Below are positions 40,849 to 50,957 of a stretch of 64,000 nt of DNA, piece after piece. The notes beneath the pieces are model-generated. The model searched no databases, was not told where the DNA came from, and worked only from the letters and a program-made list of their open reading frames with translations. The stretch's first letter is position 1; each line of letters starts with the position of its first letter. The position numbers and the translations under genes are program-made. This stretch comes from an uncultured Verrucomicrobiae bacterium (GTDB lineage: Bacteria; Verrucomicrobiota; Verrucomicrobiia; Limisphaerales; JAFGQR01), in NCBI GenBank assembly GCA_963788655.1, contig CAWBHS010000017.1, positions 1 to 64,000 on the forward strand, given 5' to 3'.

Positions 40849-41313
40849 TCATCGTTCTAAAAGTGGTAAATCCTTCCGCGCATCTCTAACGTAATCCTCC
40901 AACGTGGTCACTCGCTTGATGTAGTCAGGATCACTAAGCATACCCTTCAAAGATGCCAGCATCCGCAAGGACCAATCACATCGAACCAACTCCTCTCGGT
41001 GTGACTCTGAATACTTGATAATTACGCGAGCAAGAACAGACATCCTCTCAAGGTCCTGTTTGTCTGCTGTCTCGTTGAGCTTCCGCAATTCCGTCAGGCT
41101 CGACTCAAGACTCATGATGCCGTGGGCGCGCAATTCGTCTGGGGTGTCCTTGTAACCGGGCTTGTCCATGACCTTATCCGCCGCTTTCATAGTAGTCACA
41201 GCGTCCACCGCAGAAGCGTAATAGCTCTGATAAAGTGCTCGACGACACTGGGAATGTCTCTGGCACCCTTGGCAAAGCAGCAACAGCGTAAGAAATGTGA
41301 CTGATAATCTCAT
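40849..41313 (-). CDS. First cassette gene: predicted lipoprotein, all-helical hypothetical
   Basis: MRLSVTFLTLLLLCQG-C lipobox; lower GC; stop abuts attC6 R''. Confidence 0.75.
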   Translation of the reverse strand: MRLSVTFLTLLLLCQGCQRHSQCRRALYQSYYASAVDAVTTMKAADKVMDKPGYKDTPDELRAHGIMSLESSLTELRKLNETADKQDLERMSVLARVIIKYSESHREELVRCDWSLRMLASLKGMLSDPDYIKRVTTLEDYVRDARKDLPLLER

Positions 41314-41322
41314 GGCGGCCAC

Positions 41323-41372
41323 GGCTAACTATAATTATGCGGAACTGAGTTCCGCATATCATGGGTTACACC
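41323..41372 (-). mobile_element. attI-like (or minimal attC-like) site heading the array
   Basis: Top strand GTGTAACCCATGATATGCGGAACTCAGTTCCGCATAATTATAGTTAGCC; the core GTTAGCC is complementary to attC6 R''. Confidence 0.6.
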
Positions 41373-41475
41373 CAGGCAGAATGACCGGATTTGTGGCCTC
41401 GGAGTTCCGCTTTTCATGGAGCCATTCCCAAGCCTCTCCGCCGGTCCTAATGGTGGTTTCCGCCACATATCGGCC

Positions 41476-41503
41476 ATGTTAATCCCCTCACCTCCAATGT
41501 CAA
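41476..41503 (-). promoter_or_regulatory. Candidate Pc promoter firing into the cassette array
   Basis: TTGACA-N16-TAACAT on the minus strand, about 150 bp upstream of the first crossover site. Confidence 0.55.
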
Positions 41504-42002
41504 GCAAAACCTAATAGTGCCTTGATTTGCAGGACTTTTGAACCATCCTCCGTGCTGACCCGAGCGCTGATCTCCGGGGGATGAGTCGGTGAATGCTCCC
41601 CGCCAGCGGCCATACTTGGGGCTCGACTCCTGGCGACCCGGGCCGGTAATATGCCGAACCCAGATGAGGCCACCAAAAGCCGAACTGCCCCGACGCTGGT
41701 GGGCACGCTTCGCCTGCAAGTCAGAACCATCAATTCTTCCTGGCCGAACAGCTTAAAGGAAGTTGGGGCGAAATCGGTGGGAGGGTTTATAGCTGACCGC
41801 GAGCAGTGACCCACCGGAAAATGGAAATTACAGCCCAAGGCAACGAAATCGCCGGGCGGTGAGAAATTTGAACATACCGGTCGTTCAATAGCCTCGATGG
41901 GGGGCAGAACGGAGTCTGAATTTTTCCTTGGAAAGTGTGGGCTTACGGAGCCTCCTGGCGTTGGCTAACGTGCAATCACGCTGCCAAAGCAACCCAATCG
42001 TC

Positions 42003-44291
42003 ATGAAGTTTTCGCCGTTTGCTGGCTGCCTGGTTGGAAGTCTGGCCGTGCTGGCAGGCTCCGCCGGCGCTGCCCAAGGCCCGGGCTCAACTATCTGGGG
42101 CCAAGTCGTCCTCAAACAGCCCTTTGACAAAGCACCGTTCCGCCCGGTGGCGATTCCGGATTGGGTTGGGGATACCGTGGGGGTCGGTTACACGCTCTCC
42201 GGGCAAAGCACCGAACAACGCGCCCGGGCGGCGGCGGCGGGAGTGTCGATCAGCGAATTGATCTTTGTGGATCCGTTGTTCGTGTATTACGACAGTGACT
42301 TGTTGCACCAGCGCAGTCCGCACGTGCCGCCGGACCGGTTAACCAACGATATTGCTGAATACAAACGGCTCGGCATCCGCATTTTGGCGGTATATCCGCC
42401 GTGTTTGCAGGGCGAGGTTTATGCCCAGCATCCCGATTGGCGACGGATTCCCACGAACACACGGGACATCCCGCAAGTGGATCTGGCTCGTTATCCCCAC
42501 GGTGGCATGCTGTGTGTGCTCGGGCCGTACGGGGATTTCTTCATCGAGGTACTGGCCGAGATTGCCAATCGGTTTCCGGTCGTTGACGCCTTCAGTTTCG
42601 ACGGTCTGCACTACGGCGGGGTGTGTTATTGCGCGCATTGCCGCGACGCGTTCCGCCAGGAAACGGGCGGGGAAATTCCGGACGTCAACCTGGATGATCC
42701 GAAATTCCGCCGGTATCAGCATTGGGCCGACCGGAGGATGGAGAATCTCGTGCAACGGATGCAGACGCGACTGAAAGGTATCAAGCCGACTCTGGCGCTG
42801 GTGACCTGGAGCACGAATGCCGGGCGCTTTGGTCATTTGCGCGACATCCCCCGGAACATGCCGGCGCGGATGAACCTGTTGCTCGACGCGCCCGATCAGG
42901 AGTTCTGGCTCGACGAGAGCAACCGCGGCACCACGATCCTGCCCGCCTTCGCCAACGCGTATATCTGGGCGGTGAGCAATCATCGGGTGGCCTTCAGCGA
43001 ACCCTACCTGATGTCGCACGGCAATCCGTACGGCAAGGACAGCTTTCCCGCGCACGAAATCGAGCGGCGCATGCTCCTGGCCATTACGCATGGAGCCGGC
43101 TGCAGCATCGCGGTCGGGCAACCGCCGAATCTCCAACCGGCGATCGATCATTGCCTGGCCGAAGTGCAGCGGCGCAAACCCTGGTTGACGCACAAGTCAC
43201 CCGAGCCCTGGGCGGCGCTGGTGATGAGCGACAACACGCGCAACTTCTACGGCCGCAGCCCGGGACAGGTCGAGGAACGTTACCTGGCTAATGTGCTGGG
43301 CTTCTTTCGGGCGGCGTTGGAAGCGCACTTGCCATTGACCATCATCAATGATTGGAACCTGACCACGAATGACCTGGCTCCCTTCAAAGTGCTGGTGTTG
43401 CCCAACACCGCCTGTTTGGACGAAGCGCAGGTGGCGGCGATTGAGAATTTCGTGGCGCGCGGCGGCGGATTGGTGGGGAGTGTCGATGTATCGTTGGCCG
43501 ATGAGTTTGGCGATCCGCGGTCGGTGCCGGCATTGGCCCGCGTCTTTGGCGTGAAGGTATTGGGCGCGCCGCGCACGGGGCCGGCGAACCGCCAACTCGA
43601 CGTCAATTTTGCGAAGGCCCTTGACGCGAGCTATTGGGAAAAGCGCCAAGGGATCTGGGATTTTCAACGGGCGCCCGGCAGCTTTCTCGATTCGCCGCGG
43701 ATGGAGGAATACTTGGGCAACGATCCGGTCACGTTCAAAGGCCAGGCGATCCACGTGGCGCCCCTCGGTTCGGAAGCCTCGGCGATTGGCCGGTTGCGTC
43801 CCAAGCCGGGCATTGCCGGGGAAACCATTCCCGCGATTGTCACGAACACCTACGGGCGGGGGCGGACTGTTTTCCTGGCTGCCGGTTTTGATTCGGCGTA
43901 CTACCTCTACCCGTATCCGTATCAACGGCTGATTCTCGAACAAGCCGTCACCTGGGCTGCCGCCACGCCGCCGCCGGTGGTGGTTACGGCACCAATGTGC
44001 GTGCAGGCGGTCACGATGCGCCAGCGCTGGCGGGGCGAACGTTTGGTGGTGCATTTGTTCAACGATGTGAATACCACCGCCAACCATGCGTTCCCGGTCG
44101 ATGATGTGCCGTTGCGCGAGGAAACTTTGCCGATTTATGACATCAAGGTGACGTTCCACGGGTATGATCTGTCCCGCGTCCACCTTGAGCCGGAAGGCCT
44201 GGAATTGGTTCTCCACCGAACCGCGAACGCGGTGGAAGTGGTGGTTCCCCGCCTGGATATTCACAGCATGGTCGTGGCCGAGTTGCGATAA
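42003..44291 (+). CDS. Secreted GHL6/GH42-like glycoside hydrolase with beta-galactosidase trimerisation domain
   Basis: Signal peptide; QHPDWR, DAFSFDG..CYCAHCRDAF, FKVLVLPNTACL..FVARGGGLV. Confidence 0.75.
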   Translation: MKFSPFAGCLVGSLAVLAGSAGAAQGPGSTIWGQVVLKQPFDKAPFRPVAIPDWVGDTVGVGYTLSGQSTEQRARAAAAGVSISELIFVDPLFVYYDSDLLHQRSPHVPPDRLTNDIAEYKRLGIRILAVYPPCLQGEVYAQHPDWRRIPTNTRDIPQVDLARYPHGGMLCVLGPYGDFFIEVLAEIANRFPVVDAFSFDGLHYGGVCYCAHCRDAFRQETGGEIPDVNLDDPKFRRYQHWADRRMENLVQRMQTRLKGIKPTLALVTWSTNAGRFGHLRDIPRNMPARMNLLLDAPDQEFWLDESNRGTTILPAFANAYIWAVSNHRVAFSEPYLMSHGNPYGKDSFPAHEIERRMLLAITHGAGCSIAVGQPPNLQPAIDHCLAEVQRRKPWLTHKSPEPWAALVMSDNTRNFYGRSPGQVEERYLANVLGFFRAALEAHLPLTIINDWNLTTNDLAPFKVLVLPNTACLDEAQVAAIENFVARGGGLVGSVDVSLADEFGDPRSVPALARVFGVKVLGAPRTGPANRQLDVNFAKALDASYWEKRQGIWDFQRAPGSFLDSPRMEEYLGNDPVTFKGQAIHVAPLGSEASAIGRLRPKPGIAGETIPAIVTNTYGRGRTVFLAAGFDSAYYLYPYPYQRLILEQAVTWAAATPPPVVVTAPMCVQAVTMRQRWRGERLVVHLFNDVNTTANHAFPVDDVPLREETLPIYDIKVTFHGYDLSRVHLEPEGLELVLHRTANAVEVVVPRLDIHSMVVAELR

Positions 44292-44735
44292 TCGTGTCCG
44301 CCGCTTCCGGAACGACTCCGGAGGCGCAGGTGGCGATTCCAGAACTTTCTTTGAAAGGATTCCTCCGATTTTCTTAATTATAGGATAGAGGCATCCAAGC
44401 CTCCCCGTGAATGCGGGATGACCGCCCGATAACGGAGGTCAGGCCTCGGGCCGCGCGAAATTGTGGGTCGTGCGGCCCGCCTGATGCGCTCTTGCACACA
44501 AGAGCGGGTGGTTGCGAGTCACCGTGCCCCGGGATAAGTCCCCGGGGCCGGTGCCGCCCTCGCTGGCGCCGATCAGGCAACGCAAAATGAAAAGGAGAAC
44601 CACCCCATTCAGAATCACAAAGTCATTACTGATGAGCCGGCAGCGCCGAGAGGAAAGCACGGCAAGCGCGAAGGGATCAGGCCCAAAGAAAGTTGGTGCG
44701 AAATTGGAGGGAAGGTTTAAGCTGACCGCGAGCTT

Positions 44736-45179
44736 ATGGAAATACAAGTTGCCGTTTTGTGCGATGCCGCCACCGATTATGGTGGGAAACTGAATTTGCT
44801 GGGCGCGTTTGACACCATCCACGCGGCCCGGATGCCCGCGGTGCATCCGCAATGCTCGATTGCCTTGCGGATGAGCTTCAACAAGATCGAGGAAGGCAAT
44901 CACCGGATTCGCATCAATTTCGTCGATGAAGATGGCAAGTCGGTGCTCAAGGCCCGCGACGCGGAAGGCCAACCAGTGTTCAAGCCCATCGAGTTGACTC
45001 TGCCGGTCACGGTTCCCGACGACACCATCTTTGTCTCGCGCAATTTGGTGGTGAACATGCAGAACATCCAGTTTGAAAAACCGGGTTTGTACGCAGTGGA
45101 CCTTGCCATGGACGGCCGACAGGAAGGCAGCATTCCGCTGCTGGTCAAGCACGTCGAACCCAAACAAGCGCCGGCTTAA
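44736..45179 (+). CDS. Conserved hypothetical protein (DUF6941-like)
   Basis: LCDAATDYGGKLNLLGAFDTI ... FEKPGLY. Confidence 0.8.
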   Translation: MEIQVAVLCDAATDYGGKLNLLGAFDTIHAARMPAVHPQCSIALRMSFNKIEEGNHRIRINFVDEDGKSVLKARDAEGQPVFKPIELTLPVTVPDDTIFVSRNLVVNMQNIQFEKPGLYAVDLAMDGRQEGSIPLLVKHVEPKQAPA

Positions 45180-45193
45180 TTATCGTTGGCCCT

Positions 45194-46228
45194 ATGGCGT
45201 TCAGCGAGTTTCCCCAACAACAGGACGTCGTGCAACTGTTGCAGCGCAGCCTCGAACGCGGGCGGTTGGGCCACGCTTATTTATTCAACGGCGCCGACCC
45301 GACCGAATTGGAAGGCATGGCCCGCACGCTGGCCAAGACATTGAATTGCGAGCGGCCGCCCCGGCGCACGGCGAGCGGCTTGGCGCTGGATTGCTGCGAT
45401 GAATGCCTGAACTGCCGCAAGATCAACGGCGCCAACCATCCGGATGTGATCTGGGTGCGGCCGGAATCCAAGCTACGGGTGATCCTCATCGGCCAGATTC
45501 GTGAGCTGTTGCAGGCGGTCAATCTGAAGCCTACGCAGGCGCGGTTCAAAATCGCCATCATCGTGGACGCCGACCGGCTGCAAATCCAGGCGGCCAACGC
45601 CTTTCTGAAAACGCTCGAGGAGCCGCCGGCGGATTCGATTCTCATTCTGCTCACCACTGATCCGCAACGGATTTTGGAAACCATTCTCTCGCGCTGTCTG
45701 CGGCTGAATTTTTCCGGCGAAGGCACCCATTTGCAGGATCCCGCCACGGTGCAATGGCTGGGGCAGTTTGCCACGATGGCCGGCGCGCCGCAGAAAAGCC
45801 TGTTGGTGCGTTATAAGTTGCTGGCGGTGTTACTGGCGAAGCTCAACGAATTGAAATCCGGCATCAGCGACTGGCTCACCAAACAATCGCCGCTCGAGCA
45901 ATACGAGGACGTGGAATCGGACCTCAAGGATAAATGGGAACACGAGTTGTCCGCCGCCATCGAGTCCGAATACCGGCGGCAGCGCGCCGACGTGCTCAAG
46001 GGCGTGGAATGGTGGCTGCGCGATGTCTGGCTGGAAACGCAGCAACTCGGGCAGGACTTGTTGATGTACCCGCAACTGGCGGATCGTTCGCAGGCCGTCG
46101 CGCAACGGATCGACGCCCGGGCTGCCATGGAAAACCTGCACTTGCTGGAACGACTGCAACGGTTGCTCACCTCGAATATTCAGGAAGCGCTGGCGCTCGA
46201 AGTGGCGCTGCTGAAACTCAAGTTGTAA
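45194..46228 (+). CDS. holB: DNA polymerase III subunit delta'
   Basis: HAYLF, Cys zinc module, HPDV, AANAFLKTLEEPP, ETILSRC. Confidence 0.92.
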   Translation: MAFSEFPQQQDVVQLLQRSLERGRLGHAYLFNGADPTELEGMARTLAKTLNCERPPRRTASGLALDCCDECLNCRKINGANHPDVIWVRPESKLRVILIGQIRELLQAVNLKPTQARFKIAIIVDADRLQIQAANAFLKTLEEPPADSILILLTTDPQRILETILSRCLRLNFSGEGTHLQDPATVQWLGQFATMAGAPQKSLLVRYKLLAVLLAKLNELKSGISDWLTKQSPLEQYEDVESDLKDKWEHELSAAIESEYRRQRADVLKGVEWWLRDVWLETQQLGQDLLMYPQLADRSQAVAQRIDARAAMENLHLLERLQRLLTSNIQEALALEVALLKLKL

Positions 46229-46238
46229 AACCAGCCAC

Positions 46239-47741
46239 GTGAAACTCAAAGGGCCAAGCGGATCACCGGAATCAGGGCCTCCGAAGCGATCCAAGTCCGC
46301 CAAGGCCAGCGCCAAGACGCAGGGTGAAAAGTCATCCGAACAGGGAGGCGCTGGGTTTGGAGTCCCGTCTTCAGACGGTACCGCGCCCCGACCGCCTAAA
46401 GGCGGAACTCTGCGCCGGAGTGCCCAACCAAGTTCTGGCCCAATCCCATCCGCATCCAGACCTGCTCTCGGGGAGATTCTGTTCGTCGGCGGCGTGGGTT
46501 TGTGGCTGGCGCTGACGCTGATCAAATTCGGCAATCCGGTCATCCTCGAAGGCAAGATCGAAGCGCCCACCAATTGGGCCGAACTTGTGGTATCCACCTG
46601 GCCGCCGGACTGGGGCTATTGGCTACTGGGCGGCGTCGTGCTGGGGGGCATCGGCTTCTGGCGCTGGCGCACCATGGCGCCCAAGTGGTTGGTCGTCCTG
46701 CCGCTGGTCTGGTTCATTTGGGAAGTGTTCGCCGGCATCCAAACCGTCAATCCTACCTTGACCAAGCCGGTCCTGACCCATTTTGCCTCGTGTGCGGTCG
46801 TCTTTTATCTCGGCCTGTTCGCGCTAAGTTCGGTGAACCGGCTGCGTTTGCTTTGGATCGGGCTCCTGGGTGGATTCCTCGTGGTGCTGATTGTGGGTTG
46901 GAACCAGCACTTTGGCGGTCTGGAGGAAACACGACGCTATTTTTACGAACTGCCCAATTGGCAGGAGTTCCCACCCGAGTTCATCAAGAAACTCAGCAGC
47001 AATCGAATCTATGCCACACTGTTTTACCCCAACACCCTGGCCGGGGTGATCATTCTGTTGCTGCCCATTTTTCTAACGGCAGTCTGGCAGGTTCCCGAGA
47101 CGCGCTGGGGCAAGGGGATCGCAGCGGGCGCGCTGGCGGTTGGCAGTCTGGCGTGCCTGTATTGGTCCGGTTCGAAAGCGGGTTGGCTGATCATGTTGGG
47201 ACTGGCCGTGGTGGCGTTATTGCATTGGCCGCTGCCCCGGCGACTCAAGCTCGGCATCGCCAGCGTCGTCGTCGTAGCGGGATTGGCCGGCTTCATGGCA
47301 GTGTATGCGGGGTACTTTTCCCGGGGCGCAACCAGCGTTTCGGCCCGGCTCGATTACTGGAAGGCCGGTTGGAGGTTGATGTTGGAAAAGCCGGCGTTGG
47401 GCTGGGGCCCCGGCACGTTCCAGGTCGGTTATGCGCGGCTGAAAGCGCCGGAATCCGAAATGGCGCGTCTGGCCCATAACGATTACCTCGAACAAGGCGC
47501 CGATGCGGGCGTGCCGGGTTTCTTGCTGTATGCGGTGTTCATCGCCGGCGCAATGACTTGGCTTCATCGTGGTTGCCAGAATGATCCCTTGCGGCTGGCG
47601 GTCTGGCTGGGGCTCTTGGGGCTGGCGACTCAAGGCCTGGTGGAGTTTGGCCTCTACATTCCGGCCATCGCCTGGCCGCAATTCCTGCTGACGGGCTGGC
47701 TTATCGGCAGCGCCCGCCCAAAGACTCCGCACTCACCGTAA
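46239..47741 (+). CDS. O-antigen ligase (Wzy_C) family membrane protein
   Basis: Multiple TM helices; RIYATLFYPN, SGSKAG, RLDYW..GWGPGTF, AHNDYLE. Confidence 0.88.
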   Translation: MKLKGPSGSPESGPPKRSKSAKASAKTQGEKSSEQGGAGFGVPSSDGTAPRPPKGGTLRRSAQPSSGPIPSASRPALGEILFVGGVGLWLALTLIKFGNPVILEGKIEAPTNWAELVVSTWPPDWGYWLLGGVVLGGIGFWRWRTMAPKWLVVLPLVWFIWEVFAGIQTVNPTLTKPVLTHFASCAVVFYLGLFALSSVNRLRLLWIGLLGGFLVVLIVGWNQHFGGLEETRRYFYELPNWQEFPPEFIKKLSSNRIYATLFYPNTLAGVIILLLPIFLTAVWQVPETRWGKGIAAGALAVGSLACLYWSGSKAGWLIMLGLAVVALLHWPLPRRLKLGIASVVVVAGLAGFMAVYAGYFSRGATSVSARLDYWKAGWRLMLEKPALGWGPGTFQVGYARLKAPESEMARLAHNDYLEQGADAGVPGFLLYAVFIAGAMTWLHRGCQNDPLRLAVWLGLLGLATQGLVEFGLYIPAIAWPQFLLTGWLIGSARPKTPHSP

Positions 47742-47983
47742 CCACGGAAATTGCGTCGTCGATTCACATCTTTCCAAGATCCATGCGCGTGAAGAATTCC
47801 AACACCATTTGTTGATCGCACCCGTTTGCCGAGGCCGGATCAGCGGTTTTGGAGTGGTCAACTCCATTTTGGCAATGCGGGATTCCGTTAACATTAACGA
47901 CCTAAAATAAGTCTCTGGTTACCGCGGTTTAGCCACTTTTAACAGTGGTTTCCTGATCAAGAGATTGGCCTGTTTTTTACTGC

Positions 47984-48012
47984 TTGACGCTCTGAAACGG
48001 CTTCCTTAACCT
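47984..48012 (+). promoter_or_regulatory. sigma70-type promoter upstream of accB
   Basis: TTGACG-N17-TAACCT in an AT-rich intergenic region. Confidence 0.5.
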
Positions 48013-48124
48013 CACCGCCAATTGAATTTGTGAGCAGTGTCTGTTTCCGGTCACTGCTTTTTTGCTTAATGAACACAATTGATCTAACAACTGGTTTTTC
48101 CGAGTGGATAGCAGGAGGCGTTTC

Positions 48125-48595
48125 GTGGACTTAAAGGATATCCGAGCCATCATCGATTTGATGAAGAAGAACTCGATCTCTGAATTCGAGTTGGAACGTC
48201 AGGATTTCAAAATTCGGCTCAAGCGCGGCGGAGCAACGGTGGGACAAATTGACGAAAACGGCTATTCGCCGGCTATCGTTAGCGTTCCCGTGGCTCAAGT
48301 TGCCCAAAACGCCGCGACGCCGCCCCCTCCAGCGCAACCAGCGCCCACCGGCGAATTGGAGATCAAGTCGCCCATGATCGGCACCTTCTACCGCGCGCCC
48401 TCCCCGGAATCGGCGCCTTACGTTGAGGTGGGCACCGAGGTCAATGCCGAAACCGTGGTCTGCATCATCGAGGCCATGAAGGTGATGAATGAAATCAAGG
48501 CCGAAGCGCGAAGGTGGTCATCACCCAGGTTCTGGTCGAAAACGCCAAGCCGGTCGAGTTCGGCCAGCCGATGTTCAAGATTCGGCCGTCTGTGA
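48125..48595 (+). CDS. accB: Acetyl-CoA carboxylase biotin carboxyl carrier protein; frameshift near 48510
   Basis: [19 protein letters not shown], then [16 protein letters not shown] in the next frame. Confidence 0.93.
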   Translation: MDLKDIRAIIDLMKKNSISEFELERQDFKIRLKRGGATVGQIDENGYSPAIVSVPVAQVAQNAATPPPPAQPAPTGELEIKSPMIGTFYRAPSPESAPYVEVGTEVNAETVVCIIEAMKVMNEIKAEARRWSSPRFWSKTPSRSSSASRCSRFGRL

Positions 48596-48663
48596 CCCCG
48601 CGTCCCGGCTTTGCCAATTGGCCAGAGTTATACTGCTTAATTCGCCCTACGCTCACGCTCAGC

Positions 48664-50059
48664 ATGTTCGAAAAAATTCTAGTCGCCAATCGCGGCGAAA
48701 TCGCCGTCCGCGTCATCCGCGCCTGCAAGGAACTGAACATCCGCACCGTGGCGATCTATTCGGAAGCGGACGCCAATTCGATGCACGTGCAGATGGCCGA
48801 CGAAGCGATCTGCATCGGCAAAGGCCGCCGCCAGCGAAAGCTATCTGCGCATTGATCGCATCGTCAGCGCGGCGGAGATCACCGACGTGGACGCCATCCA
48901 TCCCGGCTACGGGTTCCTGGCGGAGAACGCCCATTTCGCGGACGTGTGCGAAAGCTGCAACATCCGCTTCATCGGCCCCAGTTCCCGCGCGATGAACGCG
49001 CTGGAGGACAAGGCCGTCAGCCGCGCGCTGGCCAAGAAGGCCGGCGTGCCCACGCCCCCCGGCTCCGATGGGGTGGTGGAGAACGAGCAGGACGCGCTGC
49101 GCGGTCGCCAAACGCATCGGCTACCCGGTGATGATCAAGGCCGTCGCCGGCGGCGGCGGCCGGGGCATGCGCGTCGCCCACAACGACATTTCGCTGGTCA
49201 AGGGCTACCACACCGCGCGCACCGAAGCGGAGAAGGCGTTTGGCAATTCGGGCGTTTACATCGAGAAATTCATCGAGAATCCCGCACCACATCGAGTTCC
49301 AGATTCTGGGGGACAACAAGGGCCACATCATTCACTTGGGCGAACGCGATTGCTCCATCCAGCGCCGCAACCAGAAGGTCGTCGAAGAAACGCCCTTCGC
49401 CGCTGTTCGAAACCGAAGTTCAAGAGACTTGCGCGAGAAGATGGGCAGGGCGGCCATCAAGATTGCCGAAGCGGCCCAACTACACCAACGCCGGCACCGT
49501 CGAGTTCATCGTGGATGAACAAGGGCAATTTCTATTTCCTCGAAGTCAACAAGCGCATCCAGGTGGAGCACCCGATCACCGAGGAGGTCACCGGCATGGA
49601 TCTGGTTGCGCTACCAAATCATGCATCGCCATGGGCGAGCCGCTGCAAGCTCTCCGCAAAGCGAATCCGCGTTCAAGGGCCACGCCATCGAATGCCGCAT
49701 CAATGCCGAAGATCCCTTCGACGAGTTTCGTCCCAGCCCGGGCCGCATCGAGATGTATTACCAGCCCGGCGGCCGCGGCGTGCGGGTGGACAGCCATGCC
49801 TATGCCGGCTACACCATCCCGCCCGTCCTACGATTCGATGATCGGCAAGCTCATCACCACCGGCCGAGATCGCCGCGAAGCCATGGACCGGATGAGCCGC
49901 GCGCTGGGCGAATACATGATCACCGGCGTCAAGACCACGATCTCCTTCCAGCAGGCCATCCTGCAGGATCCCAATTTCCGGCGCGGGGTTTATTCGACCA
50001 ACTTTGTCGAGCAACTGCTCTCCGGCGCCCGGCGCGAGCTGATCGAAAAGGATGTTTAG
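48664..50059 (+). CDS. accC: Biotin carboxylase; many frameshifts (probable sequencing errors)
   Basis: [68 protein letters not shown] spread across frames. Confidence 0.93.
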
Positions 50060-50069
50060 AGTGGCGGTA

Positions 50070-50240
50070 AAATCCGAAAACCGAGGGCCGTCAGCCGAGA
50101 GACCTTCGAAAACTGAAGACCGAAAACAGATTCGGTTTCGAACCATTGCCAGGCAAACCTCAAACGGGCTGACATACTTCGGATTTCGGCCTTCGGGCTT
50201 TTCTCGGACCTCGGGTTTCGGGTTTCGGATTTCGGCTTCG
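50070..50240. repeat. Inverted heptamer-repeat element (CCGAAAA / TTTCGGR type)
   Basis: AAATCCGAAAACCGA...CCGAAAAC followed by TTCGGATTTCGGCCTTCGG...GGTTTCGGGTTTCGGATTTC. Confidence 0.65.
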
Positions 50241-50257
50241 CCCTCGTTCTGCCAAGC

Positions 50258-50911
50258 GTGAAGTCTTTATCCGATTGCCTCCTCTACACGTTTGTCGATA
50301 CCGCGTATCTGCACGGACGCGATCCGGTCGAGGTTGCCCGGCAACTCTGCGACGGCGGCGCTGATCTGGTGCAATTGCGCGCGAAAACTTCATCCGAGTC
50401 GGAGATCCGGCAATTGGCCGAAGCCCTCCTGCCGATCACCGACCAAGCCGGCGTCGGCTTGGTCATCAACGATTTTCCCAAGATAGCGCTGCAAATCGGC
50501 GCGCCCGTTTGCCATCTCGGCCAGGAGGATTTCTTTCAAGCGGGCTACCGAATGGCTGCGCAAGTGACCGGTTGCCCGCCCGAAATGCGTTTGGGTTTGA
50601 GTACGCACGCCCCGGAACAAGCTCTGCGCGCGTTGCGGGCGGCACCGGATTACCTGGCCATCGGTCCCGTGTTCGCCACCCCCACCAAACCCACGGCCCA
50701 GCCCGTCACCTTGGACTACGTTCGCTGGGCGGACGCTAACGTAACGCTCCCCTGGTTCGCCATCGGCGGCCTGAACCTCGATAACCTCGATGCAGTGTTG
50801 GCTGCCGGAGCGCGGCGGGTGTGCGCGGTGTCGGCCATTTTGAACGCCCCGGATGTCACTGCGGCTTGTCAGCAGTGGAAGGAACGTTTAATGTCCGCAG
50901 CTCGAAGTTGA
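50258..50911 (+). CDS. thiE: Thiamine-phosphate synthase
   Basis: VQLRAK, VIND, HLGQED, GLSTH, GPVFATPTKP, FAIGG. Confidence 0.92.
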   Translation: MKSLSDCLLYTFVDTAYLHGRDPVEVARQLCDGGADLVQLRAKTSSESEIRQLAEALLPITDQAGVGLVINDFPKIALQIGAPVCHLGQEDFFQAGYRMAAQVTGCPPEMRLGLSTHAPEQALRALRAAPDYLAIGPVFATPTKPTAQPVTLDYVRWADANVTLPWFAIGGLNLDNLDAVLAAGARRVCAVSAILNAPDVTAACQQWKERLMSAARS

Positions 50912-50957
50912 ATACGAAAGCGAACACGAAACCAAACAACCATCCGTCAGAACCTGC

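Noticed and set aside
38264..41372. CRISPR array
   Set aside because: The repeats are long, divergent palindromes separated by whole genes, with no constant repeat-spacer period and no cas genes; they fit attC.
41500..42000. Integron integrase or remnant
   Set aside because: No R-H-R-H-Y tyrosine recombinase motifs were recognisable in the ORFs or by eye.
44300..44735. RNase P RNA or tmRNA in a hairpin-rich intergenic region
   Set aside because: GAGGAAAGCAC only partly resembles the RNase P motif, and the matching 3' P4 strand and tRNA-like ends were not found. An Rfam scan is needed.
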